The notes below the pieces were generated by a model. The model worked only from the letters and a program-made list of their open reading frames with translations. It did not search any database and was not told the DNA's origin. The position numbers and the translations under genes are program-made. Source: Candidatus Latescibacterota bacterium (lineage in GTDB: Bacteria; Latescibacterota; UBA2968; UBA8231). From it: a stretch of 64,000 nucleotides of DNA. Shown here in pieces: positions 1 through 19,213 of this stretch. The stretch covers positions 768,001-832,000 of the forward strand of contig CBDCXV010000011.1 of assembly GCA_965223905.1 (NCBI GenBank), read 5' to 3'. Within the stretch, counting starts at the first letter, position 1. The number at the start of each line of letters is the position of its first letter.

Positions 1-322
1 CGTACCGTATGAGCCACTTGATCGCACGCGTGGTGCGTTCCTCAGGACGAACATCGAGGGGTACCTGGTAGGTCTGCGATCCCACACGCCGGGATTTGGT
101 GATGACGATCGGCTTGCAGTTTTCCACTGCCTTCAAGAACACGTCGATCCCCTGCTGATCCGACCTCCGGGTTACCATCTCCACGGCGTGATAGAAGATG
201 CGTTCCGCCACGCTCTTCTTGCCCTTTGTCATGAGACAGTTGATGAAACGGGTTGCCAACACACTGTTATATTTTGGGTCTGGAAGGATCTGGCGTTTGA
301 CGGCCCTGCGCCTGCGCGACAT
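1..322 (-). CDS. rpsG: 30S ribosomal protein S7 (3' part outside window)
   Basis: Manual translation [20 protein letters not shown]...KGKKSVAERIFY...SRRVGSQTYQVP; ATG overlaps the rpsL stop. Confidence 0.96.
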   Translation of the reverse strand, partial: MSRRRRAVKRQILPDPKYNSVLATRFINCLMTKGKKSVAERIFYHAVEMVTRRSDQQGIDVFLKAVENCKPIVITKSRRVGSQTYQVPLDVRPEERTTRAIKWLIRY

Positions 323-693
323 CAGGATTCCTTCCTCGCTCCGTATTTCGAGCGGCCCTGTTTGCGCTCGGACACTCCGCTCGTGTCGAGGACCCCGCGA
401 ATTATGTGGTAGCGGACACCCGGAACATCCTTGACCCTGCCGCCACGAACCAGAACGATAGAGTGCTCCTGGAGATTATTACCCTCACCCGGGATGTAGG
501 CGGCCACTTCCTGTCCCGTGGTAAGCCGAACGCGTGCCATTTTTCTCAGCGCCGAGTTCGGCTTCTTCGGAGTCGTCGTGTAAACGCGGGTACAGACGCC
601 GCGCCGCTGTGGACACCCCTGCAGGGCAGGGGCATCTCGGCGCTTCGACAATTTCTTGCGGCCCTTTCGGACCAGTTGGTTGATGGTCGGCAA
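322..693 (-). CDS. rpsL: 30S ribosomal protein S12
   Basis: [12 protein letters not shown]...[12 protein letters not shown]...[11 protein letters not shown]; TTG start. Confidence 0.99.
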   Translation of the reverse strand: MPTINQLVRKGRKKLSKRRDAPALQGCPQRRGVCTRVYTTTPKKPNSALRKMARVRLTTGQEVAAYIPGEGNNLQEHSIVLVRGGRVKDVPGVRYHIIRGVLDTSGVSERKQGRSKYGARKES

Positions 694-844
694 TCTTTAC
701 CGGGTCCGTTCTCGTCTTATCGGATTGCTTTGAAGCAACTGATGGCATCCATCCTACAATTCAAAGCCGTCTGCATCCACTCGTCCCCCTTGGCTGCCTC
801 CAAGGGGCGTAATCGTTCTGAAGCCGAGTTTGTGATAAGCCCAA

Positions 845-873
845 AAGCTAACCACAATTCTAGTATGCGTCAA
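845..873 (-). promoter_or_regulatory. Putative sigma70 promoter for rpsL
   Basis: TTGACG-N17-TAGCTT on the minus strand. Confidence 0.45.
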
Positions 874-902
874 CAGACAAAATACCTAGGTATTCTTCAC
901 CA

Positions 903-5006
<4,104 letters not shown>

Positions 5007-5086
5007 GTTGCGCTCCCTTATTCAGTAAGGTCGAGTGCGACCGGATATTCTCACGATGGGTTCGCTGGGCCCGCGGAGTCAGCGAG

Positions 5087-8878
<3,792 letters not shown>

Positions 8879-9116
8879 GGCTGGACCTCCTCTTTGAGGT
8901 GGATGGAGACGAACAGGCTACTTAACATGCGGGCGCCACGCAGAGCATACTGCCTGCAGTCACAGATAGCCGCCGGCATTCCCCGCAGGGGAGAGGGATG
9001 GAATGCTCGGAAATGTCGCTGGACCCTGACGAGTCGCAGTGATGGGATTTTAGCGGGCAACCCCGGCAACCGTGGTGAAATCGCTTTTTGAAGGGCGCAG
9101 CCGCTCGGGCATTGGT

Positions 9117-9524
9117 CTACTGGATCTCCACTGTACCGCCCACTTCGGAGAGCTTGGTCTGGATCTCCTCCGCCTCCTGCTTGGTGATTCCTTCCTTCAC
9201 CGCCTTGGGGGCTTCGTCGACGAGGGCCTTGGCTTCCTTCAGGCCGAGACTGGTGATCTCCCGGACCACCTTTATCACCTGGATCTTCTTGTCTCCGGCG
9301 CTGGTCAGCACGACATCGAATGAGTCCTTCTCTTCGGCGGCGACCGCGGAATCATCTCCATCTGCGGGAGCGCCAGCCACTATCATCGGGGCGGCCGCAG
9401 ATACGCCGAACTTTTCCTCAAGCGCCTTTACCAGTTCAGCGAGCTCCAACACCGTGAGACTGCCTACGGTGTCGATGATTTCTTCAATTTTCGGGCTCAC
9501 TGTTGCCTCTTCGCTCATTGTCAT
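9117..9524 (-). CDS. rplL: 50S ribosomal protein L7/L12 (start may be 9518)
   Basis: [17 protein letters not shown]...[14 protein letters not shown]. Confidence 0.98.
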   Translation of the reverse strand: MTMSEEATVSPKIEEIIDTVGSLTVLELAELVKALEEKFGVSAAAPMIVAGAPADGDDSAVAAEEKDSFDVVLTSAGDKKIQVIKVVREITSLGLKEAKALVDEAPKAVKEGITKQEAEEIQTKLSEVGGTVEIQ

Positions 9525-10069
9525 GGACCTCCATCATGAGTTGTCTGTCGTTCGTTGCGCTTCTGTTCTTCGATAGCCGACAGCACGCCTACTACACTTC
9601 GCAGTAAACCGGTCAGCGTGGAGCCGAGCCCGTAAATCGGACTCTGGACCGAGTTTACCATCCTGCCCAGCAATTCCTCGCGCGAGGGCAGCTTGGATAG
9701 CTCCACAACCCGGTCGGCAGTCAGCACCTGTCCATCCATGTAGCCACTTTTGATGGCGAGCTTGCCGCCGTCGTCGATGAACTGCTGCAGTATTTTTGCC
9801 GGCGCAACAGGATCGTCGAGGGCAAAGGCCATAGCCGTCGGACCTCTCAGATAGTCGGTCAACCCCTCCAGCCCGGCATCCTCGACGGCGAGCTTGGCAA
9901 GCCTGTTCTTAACGACCTCGTATTCGACCGAAGCGCCGCGGAGCGAACGCCGCAATCGCGTCACCGATTCGACGTCGACTCCGGTGAAGTCGGCAAGGAA
10001 AATGGACCTGGCTTCGGACATCTTCCGGGACAGGTTGGCGACCGATTCTCTCTTTTCTTCTGTGGGCAT
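9521..10069 (-). CDS. rplJ: 50S ribosomal protein L10
   Basis: [21 protein letters not shown]; operon position. Confidence 0.97.
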   Translation of the reverse strand: MPTEEKRESVANLSRKMSEARSIFLADFTGVDVESVTRLRRSLRGASVEYEVVKNRLAKLAVEDAGLEGLTDYLRGPTAMAFALDDPVAPAKILQQFIDDGGKLAIKSGYMDGQVLTADRVVELSKLPSREELLGRMVNSVQSPIYGLGSTLTGLLRSVVGVLSAIEEQKRNERQTTHDGGP

Positions 10070-10110
10070 CGGTTCCTAGCTGAATCCTCTCATGAGCGGC
10101 CTGAGCGCTG

Positions 10111-10812
10111 CTACAGGGAAATGGATGAGGGGTCGATCCGAATTCCGGGGCCCATCGTCGAGGACATAACCGCTTTTTTGATGAACTGCCCCTTGGCCGA
10201 AGCCGGTCTGCTGCGCAGGATGGCCTCGGAAAAAACCTTGGCATTGGCGAGCAGATCCGATTCCGAAAAAGAGAGTTTACCGATCGGAGCCTGAGCATTG
10301 TTGCCCGATTTGCTGTCCGCGCGATACTCGATGCGACCTGCCTTGGATTCCCTGACTACCTGAGCGATGGCGCGGGTTACGGTCCCCGTCTTCGGGTTCG
10401 GCATCATCCCTCTCGGACCGAGGATCCTTCCGAGTTTTCCAACTTGCCCCATCATGTCGGGCGATGCGACTACGAGATCGAAATCAAGCCATCCGTTTTG
10501 AATCTTTTCGACGATATCCGACCCACCGACAAAGTCCGCCCCGGCGTCGGCTGCCTCTTTCACAAGATCCCCCTGGGTGATGACCACAATCCTGACTTCC
10601 TTGCCCGTTCCGTGCGGCAACATGACCGTACCGCGAATCGATTGGTCAGCCTGCCGACCGTCGATCCCGAGATTGAACGCCAACTCTACGGACTCGTCGA
10701 ATCCACGTTTGGGAAAAGACTGGACCATCTTGATGGCCGCTTCGAGTGTCACGGCCTCGCGTTTGTCGTAGATGGCGATAGCCTGCTTGTAGCTATTGCT
10801 TCGCTTGGGCAC
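10111..10812 (-). CDS. rplA: 50S ribosomal protein L1
   Basis: FDESVEL, LPHGTGK, LGPRGMMPNPKTGTVT. Confidence 0.98.
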   Translation of the reverse strand: MPKRSNSYKQAIAIYDKREAVTLEAAIKMVQSFPKRGFDESVELAFNLGIDGRQADQSIRGTVMLPHGTGKEVRIVVITQGDLVKEAADAGADFVGGSDIVEKIQNGWLDFDLVVASPDMMGQVGKLGRILGPRGMMPNPKTGTVTRAIAQVVRESKAGRIEYRADSKSGNNAQAPIGKLSFSESDLLANAKVFSEAILRSRPASAKGQFIKKAVMSSTMGPGIRIDPSSISL

Positions 10813-10842
10813 GTCATTCTCCTATCCTTAGGCACCGACTCC

Positions 10843-11328
10843 TTAGGCACCGACGTTTCCCGCTTCATTTTGCGATGCCTCAGCTTGTTGCAGATTTTGC
10901 CCCGGGGAGGCGACGATCAGACCCATGCTGCGGGCAGTTCCAGCGATCATCTCCACGGCGGAGACGACCGAATCGGCGTTAAGGTCTTCCATCTTCGTCT
11001 CGGCAATCTCGACTAATTGGTCGCGGGTCACGGTACCGACCTTGTCGCGGTTCGGGACTCCCGATCCCTTCTCGATACCTGCCGCTTTTTTTAATAACAC
11101 CGAGGCCGGCGGAGTCTTGGTAATGAAGGTAAAGCTGCGGTCGGCATATACGGTAATCACCACTGGTATGATCAACCCCTGTCCGTCCTGAGTGCTTGCG
11201 TTGAACGCCTTGCAGAACTCCATAATGTTGACGCCGTGTTGACCGAGGGCCGGCCCCACGGGAGGAGTTGGGCTCGCACTTCCGGCCGGTATCTGCAGCT
11301 TAATGACTGCGAGTTCTTTTTTCGCCAT
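10843..11328 (-). CDS. rplK: 50S ribosomal protein L11 with a ~20 aa C-terminal tail
   Basis: [30 protein letters not shown]. Confidence 0.98.
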   Translation of the reverse strand: MAKKELAVIKLQIPAGSASPTPPVGPALGQHGVNIMEFCKAFNASTQDGQGLIIPVVITVYADRSFTFITKTPPASVLLKKAAGIEKGSGVPNRDKVGTVTRDQLVEIAETKMEDLNADSVVSAVEMIAGTARSMGLIVASPGQNLQQAEASQNEAGNVGA

Positions 11329-11371
11329 AGGTATTCGTTCGCCTCACCAAATCGCCTGTTTGGCCCTTCGC

Positions 11372-11992
11372 TCAGCGGATGGCTGAACGCTCTTCGGCCG
11401 GCTCTACCTGCAGGACATCGAGTTCGACGGGAGTCCCGCGCCCGAAAATGCTGACCATTATCTTCAGCCTGCGTTTCTCGGGAATCACCTCCTGAACCGT
11501 GCCGACAAAGTCCTTGAACGCCCCGTCGTTGACCTTGACCTGATCCCCGACCAGGAAAGGGATCTCCTCAATCTCCTGCGACTTGCGGCGATCTATATGG
11601 CCGAGAATGTGGGAAACCTCTTCCTGAGTGAGTGCCTGCGGCTTGCGAGCAGGCCCGACGAAATTCGTTACTCCGGGTATGTTGGTCACCACGTGCCAAG
11701 CGTCCTTGTTCATCTCCATTTCGACGAGTACGTAGCTTGGTAGAAAGCGCTTCTTCGTAACGGTCTTCTTGCCCCCTTTCATCTCCACGACCTCTTCGGT
11801 CGGGACCACAGCCTGGTAGATGGCTCCTCCCGCATCACCTGATTGGATCAGCGATTCCAGGTAGGTCTTGACCTTGTTTTCGTGTCCCGAGTAGGTGTGC
11901 AGGGCATACCACTGCTTGAGAGCTTCCTCGCCTGCTGTGGATTGAGACTGCGGAGGGGGGGAATTCACGTTAACGACGAGGGCCTCAGACAA
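11372..11992 (-). CDS. nusG: Transcription factor NusG
   Basis: WYALHTYSGHENKV, KOW domain, SIFGRGTPVEL. Confidence 0.98.
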   Translation of the reverse strand: MSEALVVNVNSPPPQSQSTAGEEALKQWYALHTYSGHENKVKTYLESLIQSGDAGGAIYQAVVPTEEVVEMKGGKKTVTKKRFLPSYVLVEMEMNKDAWHVVTNIPGVTNFVGPARKPQALTQEEVSHILGHIDRRKSQEIEEIPFLVGDQVKVNDGAFKDFVGTVQEVIPEKRRLKIMVSIFGRGTPVELDVLQVEPAEERSAIR

Positions 11993-12170
11993 GCAGGATT
12001 GAGCGCACGTAGGACAAAACCAGGTCGAATAACCCGATGAAGATGGCGAAGGCTATGGAAAACACGATCACAATGGTGGTCGAATTGACCAGTTCGGTTC
12101 GCGTTGGCCATATGACCCTCGTAAACTCCGTGCGAACTTCGACCAAGAAAGTGGTGACTTTTTCCCACAT
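11985..12170 (-). CDS. secE: Preprotein translocase SecE
   Basis: EFTRVIWPTRTEL plus a single TM helix, between tRNA-Trp and nusG. Confidence 0.93.
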   Translation of the reverse strand: MWEKVTTFLVEVRTEFTRVIWPTRTELVNSTTIVIVFSIAFAIFIGLFDLVLSYVRSILLV

Positions 12171-12211
12171 CCCCCGTAGCCCGGATTCCCACTACCTGCT
12201 CTGGAAAAAAC

Positions 12212-12284
12212 CAGGCCTGGCAGGACTCGAACCTGCAACCGCTGGTTTTGGAGACCAGTGCTCTACCAATTGAGCTACAGACCT
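12212..12284 (-). tRNA. tRNA-Trp (CCA)
   Basis: Cloverleaf AGGTCTGTAGCTCAATTGGTAGAGC...CTCCAAA...GTTCGAGTCC...CAGGCCTG. Confidence 0.97.
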
Positions 12285-12317
12285 AACAGACTCGTGTGTC
12301 GGTCGACCCGCATTAAT

Positions 12318-12470
12318 TCAACGGGTCTCTCGGTGAGACGTGTGTTTGCGGCAGAACCGGCAGTATTTCCTGTATTCCACGCGGCTGGGATGTGTGCGCC
12401 TGTTCTTGGTGGTCGTGTAGTTGTGCCTGCTGCAACTGTCGCATGCAAGGTGTATTTGGTCGCGTGGCAT
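12318..12470 (-). CDS. rpmG: 50S ribosomal protein L33, Zn-ribbon type (below the ORF track cutoff)
   Basis: MPRDQIHLACDSCSRHNYTTTKNRRTHPSRVEYRKYCRFCRKHTSHRETR*. Confidence 0.96.
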   Translation of the reverse strand: MPRDQIHLACDSCSRHNYTTTKNRRTHPSRVEYRKYCRFCRKHTSHRETR

Positions 12471-12583
12471 GCCGGGCGTGCCTCAATTCAGCTGACGTTA
12501 CGTGGCGATACAGCCCGCAAAGACCAAGCCGTATCTTGGTCTAACTTGATTCCAGCTATGGAGTTATAAATAACGAGAGTATC

Positions 12584-12659
<76 letters not shown>

Positions 12660-12674
12660 CACGTAACCTGAAAA

Positions 12675-12751
12675 TGGAGCGGGAAACGGGACTCGAACCC
12701 GCGACATCGAGCTTGGAAGGCTCGCGCTCTAGCCAACTGAGCTACTCCCGC
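12675..12751 (-). tRNA. tRNA-Gly (TCC)
   Basis: GCGGGAGTAGCTCAGTTGGCTAGAGC...TTCCAA...CCCGCTCCA. Confidence 0.97.
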
Positions 12752-12819
12752 AGCGTTCGCAACCCGGCCCCTTCGGACATCCGACCAAGCCGCATTCACC
12801 AAAAAGTTACAGACTTAAT

Positions 12820-12848
12820 AAGGTAAGAAACCTGAATTGGTGTGTCAA
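12820..12848 (-). promoter_or_regulatory. Sigma70 promoter of the tRNA-Gly/Thr-rpmG-secE-nusG unit
   Basis: TTGACA-N17-TACCTT. Confidence 0.6.
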
Positions 12849-12862
12849 TATAGTCCAACAGA

Positions 12863-14292
12863 TAGTGCTGCTCGGCACAAATGAACCACTTCACTTTATT
12901 ACTATCAGGCCATCAGGGCCTTGCCCGTGGAGGTCCATTTGAACGGCTTGGCCAGGGTGCGGTTGAAGTATTCGATGAAGGCCCGAACGCGCTCTTTGAG
13001 CTGGTCCACCGAGGCGAAGCTGGCGCGTTTGAGCAGGCGCCGGACCAGGATGCTGAACCACAGCTCCATTTGGTTGAGCCACGAGGCGCGTTTGGGCGTA
13101 TACACGAACCGAATACGGTGCCCGGGATCGGCCAGGAAGGCAGCGCGGGAGGCTTTCGAGCGCAGGATCCCGGAGCGCCCCGCCCCTTCTTTCCCAGATC
13201 CTGATCAAGGTCGCACAGAACCGCCACCAGATGCACCCGGGATTCGGACTGATGCGTGTTGAGGTTGTCGACGATGAAGATCCATTCGCCCTCCCGATCG
13301 GTCCTCAGCGTCTGCAAGAAGTGGTTGGCGAAGTCCTCTTCGGTGCGCGTCGGGGCCAGCGTCGGGGCCAGGATACGACCGGTGGCGACCTCGAAGTTGG
13401 CGATCAGACACTGCGGGCCGTGGCGGATGTAGTGCTCCTCCCGGCGCTCGATATATCCGGGAATCGCCGGCGTGGTAGGATGCAGGCGCTCCGTTGCCTG
13501 CCTGCCGGTCTTCTCGTCGCAGCAGATCAAATGCACCCCGTGCTCGTGGAGCGTCCGGGCTTGCTCATACAGGGAACAGACCGTGGCCACGTTAGGGCCA
13601 AAGGAGTCCGCCTCCTCGGGCGCCGGATTGAGCCAAGACCGGGTCCGATGCGGCTTGAGGTCCGCCTGCTTTTAAAAAACGACCCACCGTACGGGTCGAT
13701 ATGCTCGCCACGATGTTTCGTTTCACCGCCTCTTCGGCCACCTCTCGGGCCGTCCCGTGGCTCACCGGGCGTTGCGCGTCCTGCGGCAGCTCACAGGCGA
13801 GGGCGATAATGGCGACGATTTGCTCGGGGGTGAACACCCCCGGCCAGCCCGCGCGTGGGGCATCTACCAGAGTCTCGGTGATGCAGCGGCTCACATCCGA
13901 CCGGCAGGCGCGGTGTTCGGCCGCGTGCAAGCGCTCCTGGGCCGCCGCCCAGCGTCGGCGCCACCGGCCCACCGTCCCCACATCCACCCCCAGGTCCCGG
14001 GCCAGATCCCGGTTGAGCCCCCCTCGGGCCGCGGCCAGCACGATGCGCGCCCGTCGGGCCAGACGCTGCGCCCCCGTGGAACGACGAACCAACCGCTCCA
14101 AATCTCTTGCTGTCGAGCGCTGAGCTCGAGGGCCGGAGCGATTCGCATGGGGTTGACGTACTCCTTTGGTGTATCGTACGGGGAGGCCGTCGTGGGAAGA
14201 AAGGGCAATCAGGGGGGACAGCCCTTGTACTCAGGGGGGGACAGCCCTTGTACAAGGATAATAAATAGCTACAATTGTGCCGCAGGACACTA
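12863..14292 (-). mobile_element. IS630-family element A, transposase with multiple frameshifts
   Basis: IRs TAGTGCTGCTCGGCACAA / TAGTGTCCTGCGGCACAA; CDEKTG, DNLNTH and YTPKRASWLNQMELWF in different frames; TTTTTTAAAA shift site. Confidence 0.9.
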
Positions 14293-15528
14293 GTGGTTCA
14301 CCTATGTAGTAATGCTGGATAGAGGCGGTGCAGCTTGATGCGCGCATCGTCGGTGGTGAATTGCCATTTGACCCTCGTTGGACTCTTCTCGCGTTGGGAG
14401 AGCCAGGCGTGGACTTCTTTGCTCAGTTGCTGAATCGTGCCGATGCGCCGGTCCAGACACTGCCGGGAAAGCACCTTCAACCCGATTTCGGCCATATTGA
14501 GCCAGCTACCCCGTTTCGGGGTGAAGTGAATATCGATTTTATCGGCGATGCGTTTGGCTTCTTCGGGCGCAAAGACGTCGTACAAAGCCGCCTTCTGGTG
14601 CGAGCTCAGATTGTCCATGACCAAGGTCAGGGCATCGGCTTCCGGGTAGCAGCGATCGACCAGATCTTTTCATCACCTGAGCCCAATCTTTCTTGGTGCG
14701 GCGCTGCGTGACCTGGACTTGGCAGCGGCCGGTAAGCGGTTCCAGCATCATGAATACGGTGGCCACGCCGTTGCGGACATAGTGATGATCATACCGAGCC
14801 GCATGTCCAGGAATCGCCGGAAGAGGGGCCCGCACCTCTCCCACCAGCTGTTTGCTCGTCTCGTCCAGGCATACCGTGGGACGGGTGGGATCGTAGGGCC
14901 GGGTATAGATATCCAGCACATCCTCCATGGCCCAAACGAATTCGGCACTGGGGGCGCCCGGCAGGCACCACATTTCCTGCCGCCAGGGCTTCAATGCGTT
15001 TTTTTTAGCGTCTTGCGGACCGTTTCCGGGCTGACCCGGTCGACCACCTCCAACGAAACCAGGCGGTCTGCTAACAATTTGAGGGTCCAGCCCTTCCTTC
15101 CCTCCGGCGGCGGGCTACAGGCCAGCGCTACGAGACGAGCCTCGGCTTCTCCGTCGGATGGTCTTGGCCCTGCGGTTCGTCTGCTCCTTGCGTTGGAGGG
15201 CGGCCTCCAGGCCTTCTTCGACAAATCGTTTGCGCAGGCGCTCGACCGTGCTGGAATGGACCTCGAGAGCGTGCCCGATCTGTTCGTCGGTCCAGCCGTC
15301 TCCCTGCGATCCTTGATCCGTCTTCAGGAGAATGCGCGCATGCCGCTGCTTGAAAGCAGCCGCTTTCCCCTTGGAGATGAGTCCGTGCACATAGGGGCGC
15401 TCCTCCGGGGTGAGAGTGACGAGGTATCTCTTCTTGGGCAACGCCGTACTCCTTTTCCAATAAAGGGGATCGGTAAAAAGGATACGGCTGCCACTTTTAT
15501 TCCGCAATTCTAAATGGATCGACCACTA
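14291..15528 (-). mobile_element. IS630-family element B, copy 1 (1238 bp)
   Basis: IRs CTAGTGGTTCACCTATGTAGTAATGC / CTAGTGGTCGATCCATTTAGAATTGC; CLDETSKQL, MDNLSSH, TPKRGSWLNMAEI. Confidence 0.93.
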
Positions 15529-18511
15529 GTGTATCGTCTCAGAAAACTGTCCGCCTATTCAGGCGACGAGGGCGCGGCCGGTGTAGGTCCACTTGAAAGG
15601 CTTGGCCAGCGTGCGGTTGAAGTACCCTACGTGCCAATATAGAGTGAGGCACCTTCCCCATCCGAGTTTAGTGTAGTTTGGAGGGCGGAAAGGAGAGCGA
15701 TAGAGGATGGCTTCCCGTACTGGAAGAGCGGATCGAACGACGGTACCCGTGGGAGGGTCCTCCCCTGAGGGTTCTCGTCCGGACCCGGAAGTGCCCGAGA
15801 GGGCCAAGCGCCGGCACTTCAGTGCGCAGTATAAGCTGCGGGTACTGGAAGAAGCCGATGCCTGCCGGGCGCCGGGGGAGGTAGGCGCCTTACTGCGCCG
15901 CGAAGGCCTGTATTCCTCGCAGCTAGCCGCCTGGCGACGGGCGCGCCGGGAAGGCTCGTTGCAGGCGTTGGCCACGCCGCGGGGCCCCCAGGGCCGTCGT
16001 CGGGACCCGGTGGCCAGCGACAACGAGCGCTTGCGCAAAGAAAACGCCCGTCTGCGGGGGCGTCTGGAGCAGGCCCAGGCCATCCTCGAGATCCAAAAAA
16101 AAGCCTCCGAGATCCTGGGCATCCCCCTGAACCGGCCCGCCAACGGCGACGACGCATGAGCGCGGCGGTCGAACAGTTGGCGGGTACCGTCGGAGTGGCC
16201 CCGGCTTGCCGCGCCCTGGGGGTGGCCCGCGCTTCGGTCTATCGGCACCGCACCCCCCCGCGGCCACGCCGGGACGCGGCGCGGCGCCGTTCGCCTCGCG
16301 CCTTGGCCCCGGAAGAGCGCGCCCAGGTGCTGGCTACCCTGCACGAAGACCGTTTCGTCGACCAGGCCCCGGCCGCCGTATACGCGAATCTCCTGGAGGA
16401 AGGACGCTACCTGTGCTCCCAACGCACGATGTATCGTCTGCTTCACGGCGCCGGCGAGGTGCGGGAACGCCGTCGCCAGCGCCGCCACCCTCGGGCCGAA
16501 CCGCCACGGCTGGTGGCCAGGGCCCCCAACCAGGTCTGGACGTGGGACATCACCCGTCTGGCGGGCCCGCGTACATGGGGGACGTATCCGCTTTACGTGG
16601 TGCTCGACCTGTTTTCGCGTTACGTCGTCGCCTGGATGGTGGCCACCCGGGAAAGCGCCGGCGGCGCACGGCGCCTGATCCAGGCCGCCTGCCACAAGCA
16701 AGCCATCGAGCCGGGGCAGCTGACCCTGCACCAGGATCGGGGCGCGCCGATGACGGCCAAGACCTTCTCGCAGCTGCTGGTCGATCTCGATGTCCTGGCC
16801 AGCTACAGCCGGCCGCGAACGGCCGACGACAACCCCTATTCGGAGAGCCAGTTCAAAACCGTCAAATACGCGCCAACCTACCCGGGCCGCTTTGCCGACC
16901 CGGAGCAGGCGCGAACCTACTTTCGCTCGTTCTTCCTCTGGTACAACACCCGCCATCGCCATAGCGGATTGGGCCTGCTGACACCGGAGGCAGTACATCA
17001 CGGGCGCGCCGAGGAGCTCCAGTCTGCGCGGCAACGCGTCCTCGATGACGCCTGCACACGACATCCCGAGCGCTTCGTCAACGGGCCCCCTCAGGCGCCC
17101 AGGGTACCGGCCGAGGTGTGGATCAACCCACCTCCGAAAACCGTCGAATGTGCACGGATAAAACAGTAAACTTTCACGCGAAGTGTCTCATTCTCATTGA
17201 CACGTTCCGGTATTCGATGAAGGCCAGAACGCGCTCTTTGAGCTGGTCCACCGAGGCGAAGCTGGCGCGCTTGAGCAGACGGCGGACCAAGATGCTGAAC
17301 CACAGGTCGATCTGGTTGAGCCACGAGGCGTGCTTGGGGGTGTACACGAAACGAATGCCATGGCGGGGATCTTGCAGGAAGGCGGCGCGGGTGGCTTTCG
17401 AGCGCAGGATCCCGCGTTGTCCTTTCTTGCCCAAATCCTCTTTCCTGTCGCCCAGGGCCGCTACCAGGCGGACCAGGGATTCGGATGGATGCGTGTCGAG
17501 GGTGTCGACGATGAAAATCCATTTCCCTTCCAAGTCGGTGGCCACCGTCTGTAGTACGTGGTTGGCGAAGTCCTCTTCGGTGCGCGTCGACGACACCGTG
17601 GGGCGTACGATGTGCCCCGTGGCGACCTCGAAGTTGGCGATCAGACACTGCGTGCCGTGAGCGGACATAGTGCTGCTCCCGGCGCTCGACGCTCCGGGAA
17701 TGGGGAGGCGGGTAGGATGGGCCCGTTCCAGGGCTTGCATGCCGGTTTTCTCGTCGCAACAGATCAGATGGACTCCCTGTTCATGGAGTTGGGCGGCGTG
17801 CGCATACAAGGAGCATACCGCACTCACCTCGTTGCGAAACTGTTCGGGGTCCTCCGGCGTTGCGTTCTGCCAATAGCGACTTCGATGCGGCTTAAGATCG
17901 GCCTGATTTTAAAAAACGCCCCACCGTGCGCACCGAAATCCGGGGCACGATCTTGCGCTTCACCGCCTCTGCGGCCACCTCCCGGGGGGTCCAATGACTG
18001 ACCGGACGATCCGACGGCGCTTGCGGATCTTCACAGGCGATGGCGATGATCTGTATGATCTGCTCCGCACTGAAGTCCCCCCGGCGACCCGAACGAGGCG
18101 CGTCCACCAGGAGATCCCCGATGTACCGACTCAGAGCCGCCAGCGAGCGCTCTTCGGCGCGCGCCAGCCGCTCTCGGGCTTGAGCCCAGCGTTGGCGCCA
18201 CAGGCTCACCGTGTCTCGGTTCAGGCCCAACTGTCTCGCCAACTCTTTATTGGTTTCTCCGGTGCCGGCAGCCAGGATGATCCGAGCCCGTTCGGCCACG
18301 CGTTGCTCCCCTGTGGGCCGACGAATCCGACGCTTCAACTCCTCCTCCTGGCCAGCACTAAGTTCGATGATCGGGGCTTTGCGACCCATGGACGACGTGC
18401 TCCTGGCAACTGCCGGGGAAACCATCGTGGGAAGCGGATGAGCGGCTACAGGGGTACATCCGACATCCCAAAAGATACCTATGCGGACACAATTTCGCCC
18501 GGATGCACCAG
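15527..18511 (-). mobile_element. IS630-family element C, interrupted by an IS3 element
   Basis: Transposase at ~18389-17210 resumes at 15624-15559 (YFNRTLAKPFKWTYTGRALVA*); imperfect 29-bp IRs ending TGTCCGC. Confidence 0.85.
15625..17209 (+). mobile_element. IS3-family element, apparently intact (orfA 15707-16159, orfB 16156-17169)
   Basis: rve DDE motifs PNQVWTWDIT, HQDRG, DDNPYSESQFKT; IRs; GTA target duplication at 15622-24 and 17210-12. Confidence 0.92.
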
Positions 18512-18588
18512 TGGTCAGGGTGTGGGACACTACTCAACAGCTTCTGGGAGCGGAAGTTCCGCCAAGGGTCGGTTGCCGCGGTCGGCTT

Positions 18589-19059
18589 TCAGCGGGAAAT
18601 GCTGACGATCTTGTAGTAAAGGCGTCCCGCAGGAACCTGAATTTCGACCTCCTCCCCCTCCTGGTGGCCGAGAAGGCCTTTCCCGATCGGTGACACAGTG
18701 GAGATTTTTCCCTGCTCGAAGTCGGCCTCTTCTGGAGACACCAAGGTGTAGGTAAGTTCTCTATTTTTCTCGAGATCGAGCAGCTCGACCGTAGCCCCGA
18801 TGTACACCTTGTCGTCCGGAATGTTCTCGTTCTCGATGAGTCGAGCCCTGCTGAGAACCTCCTCGAGTTTGTTGATCCGCTGCTCAAGGAACATCAGGCG
18901 CTCCTTGGCCGCCGAGTATTCCGCGTTCTCGGACAAGTCCCCGAACTCTCTCGCGTGCTGGAGAGCCGCCCGAACGGTCGGACGTTCGGTTCCCTTCAGT
19001 TCACGCAGTTCCTCCTGGAGCTTCTGGTAGCCTTCTCTCGACAGGTACACTTCGCTCAT
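18589..19059 (-). CDS. greA: Transcription elongation factor GreA
   Basis: GDLSENAEY, ISTVSPIGKGLLG; start MSEVYL. Confidence 0.97.
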   Translation of the reverse strand: MSEVYLSREGYQKLQEELRELKGTERPTVRAALQHAREFGDLSENAEYSAAKERLMFLEQRINKLEEVLSRARLIENENIPDDKVYIGATVELLDLEKNRELTYTLVSPEEADFEQGKISTVSPIGKGLLGHQEGEEVEIQVPAGRLYYKIVSISR

Positions 19060-19174
19060 TGGGATGACACTCCTGGTCTCGAGCAATCGCCGCAACGTGT
19101 GGATCCCCCTTTGTCCACCACTGCGAAAACCCAATACACGAACTCCCCTCCGATGCCTTGGAAGGGGTGCATAT

Positions 19175-19213
19175 AAAAAGCGGAAGCGTTTGGAGTGATT
19201 CGCCGCTTCCGCT
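19175..19213 (-). terminator. Intrinsic terminator in the greA upstream region
   Basis: AGCGGAAGCG...CGCTTCCGCT stem followed by TTTT. Confidence 0.6.
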
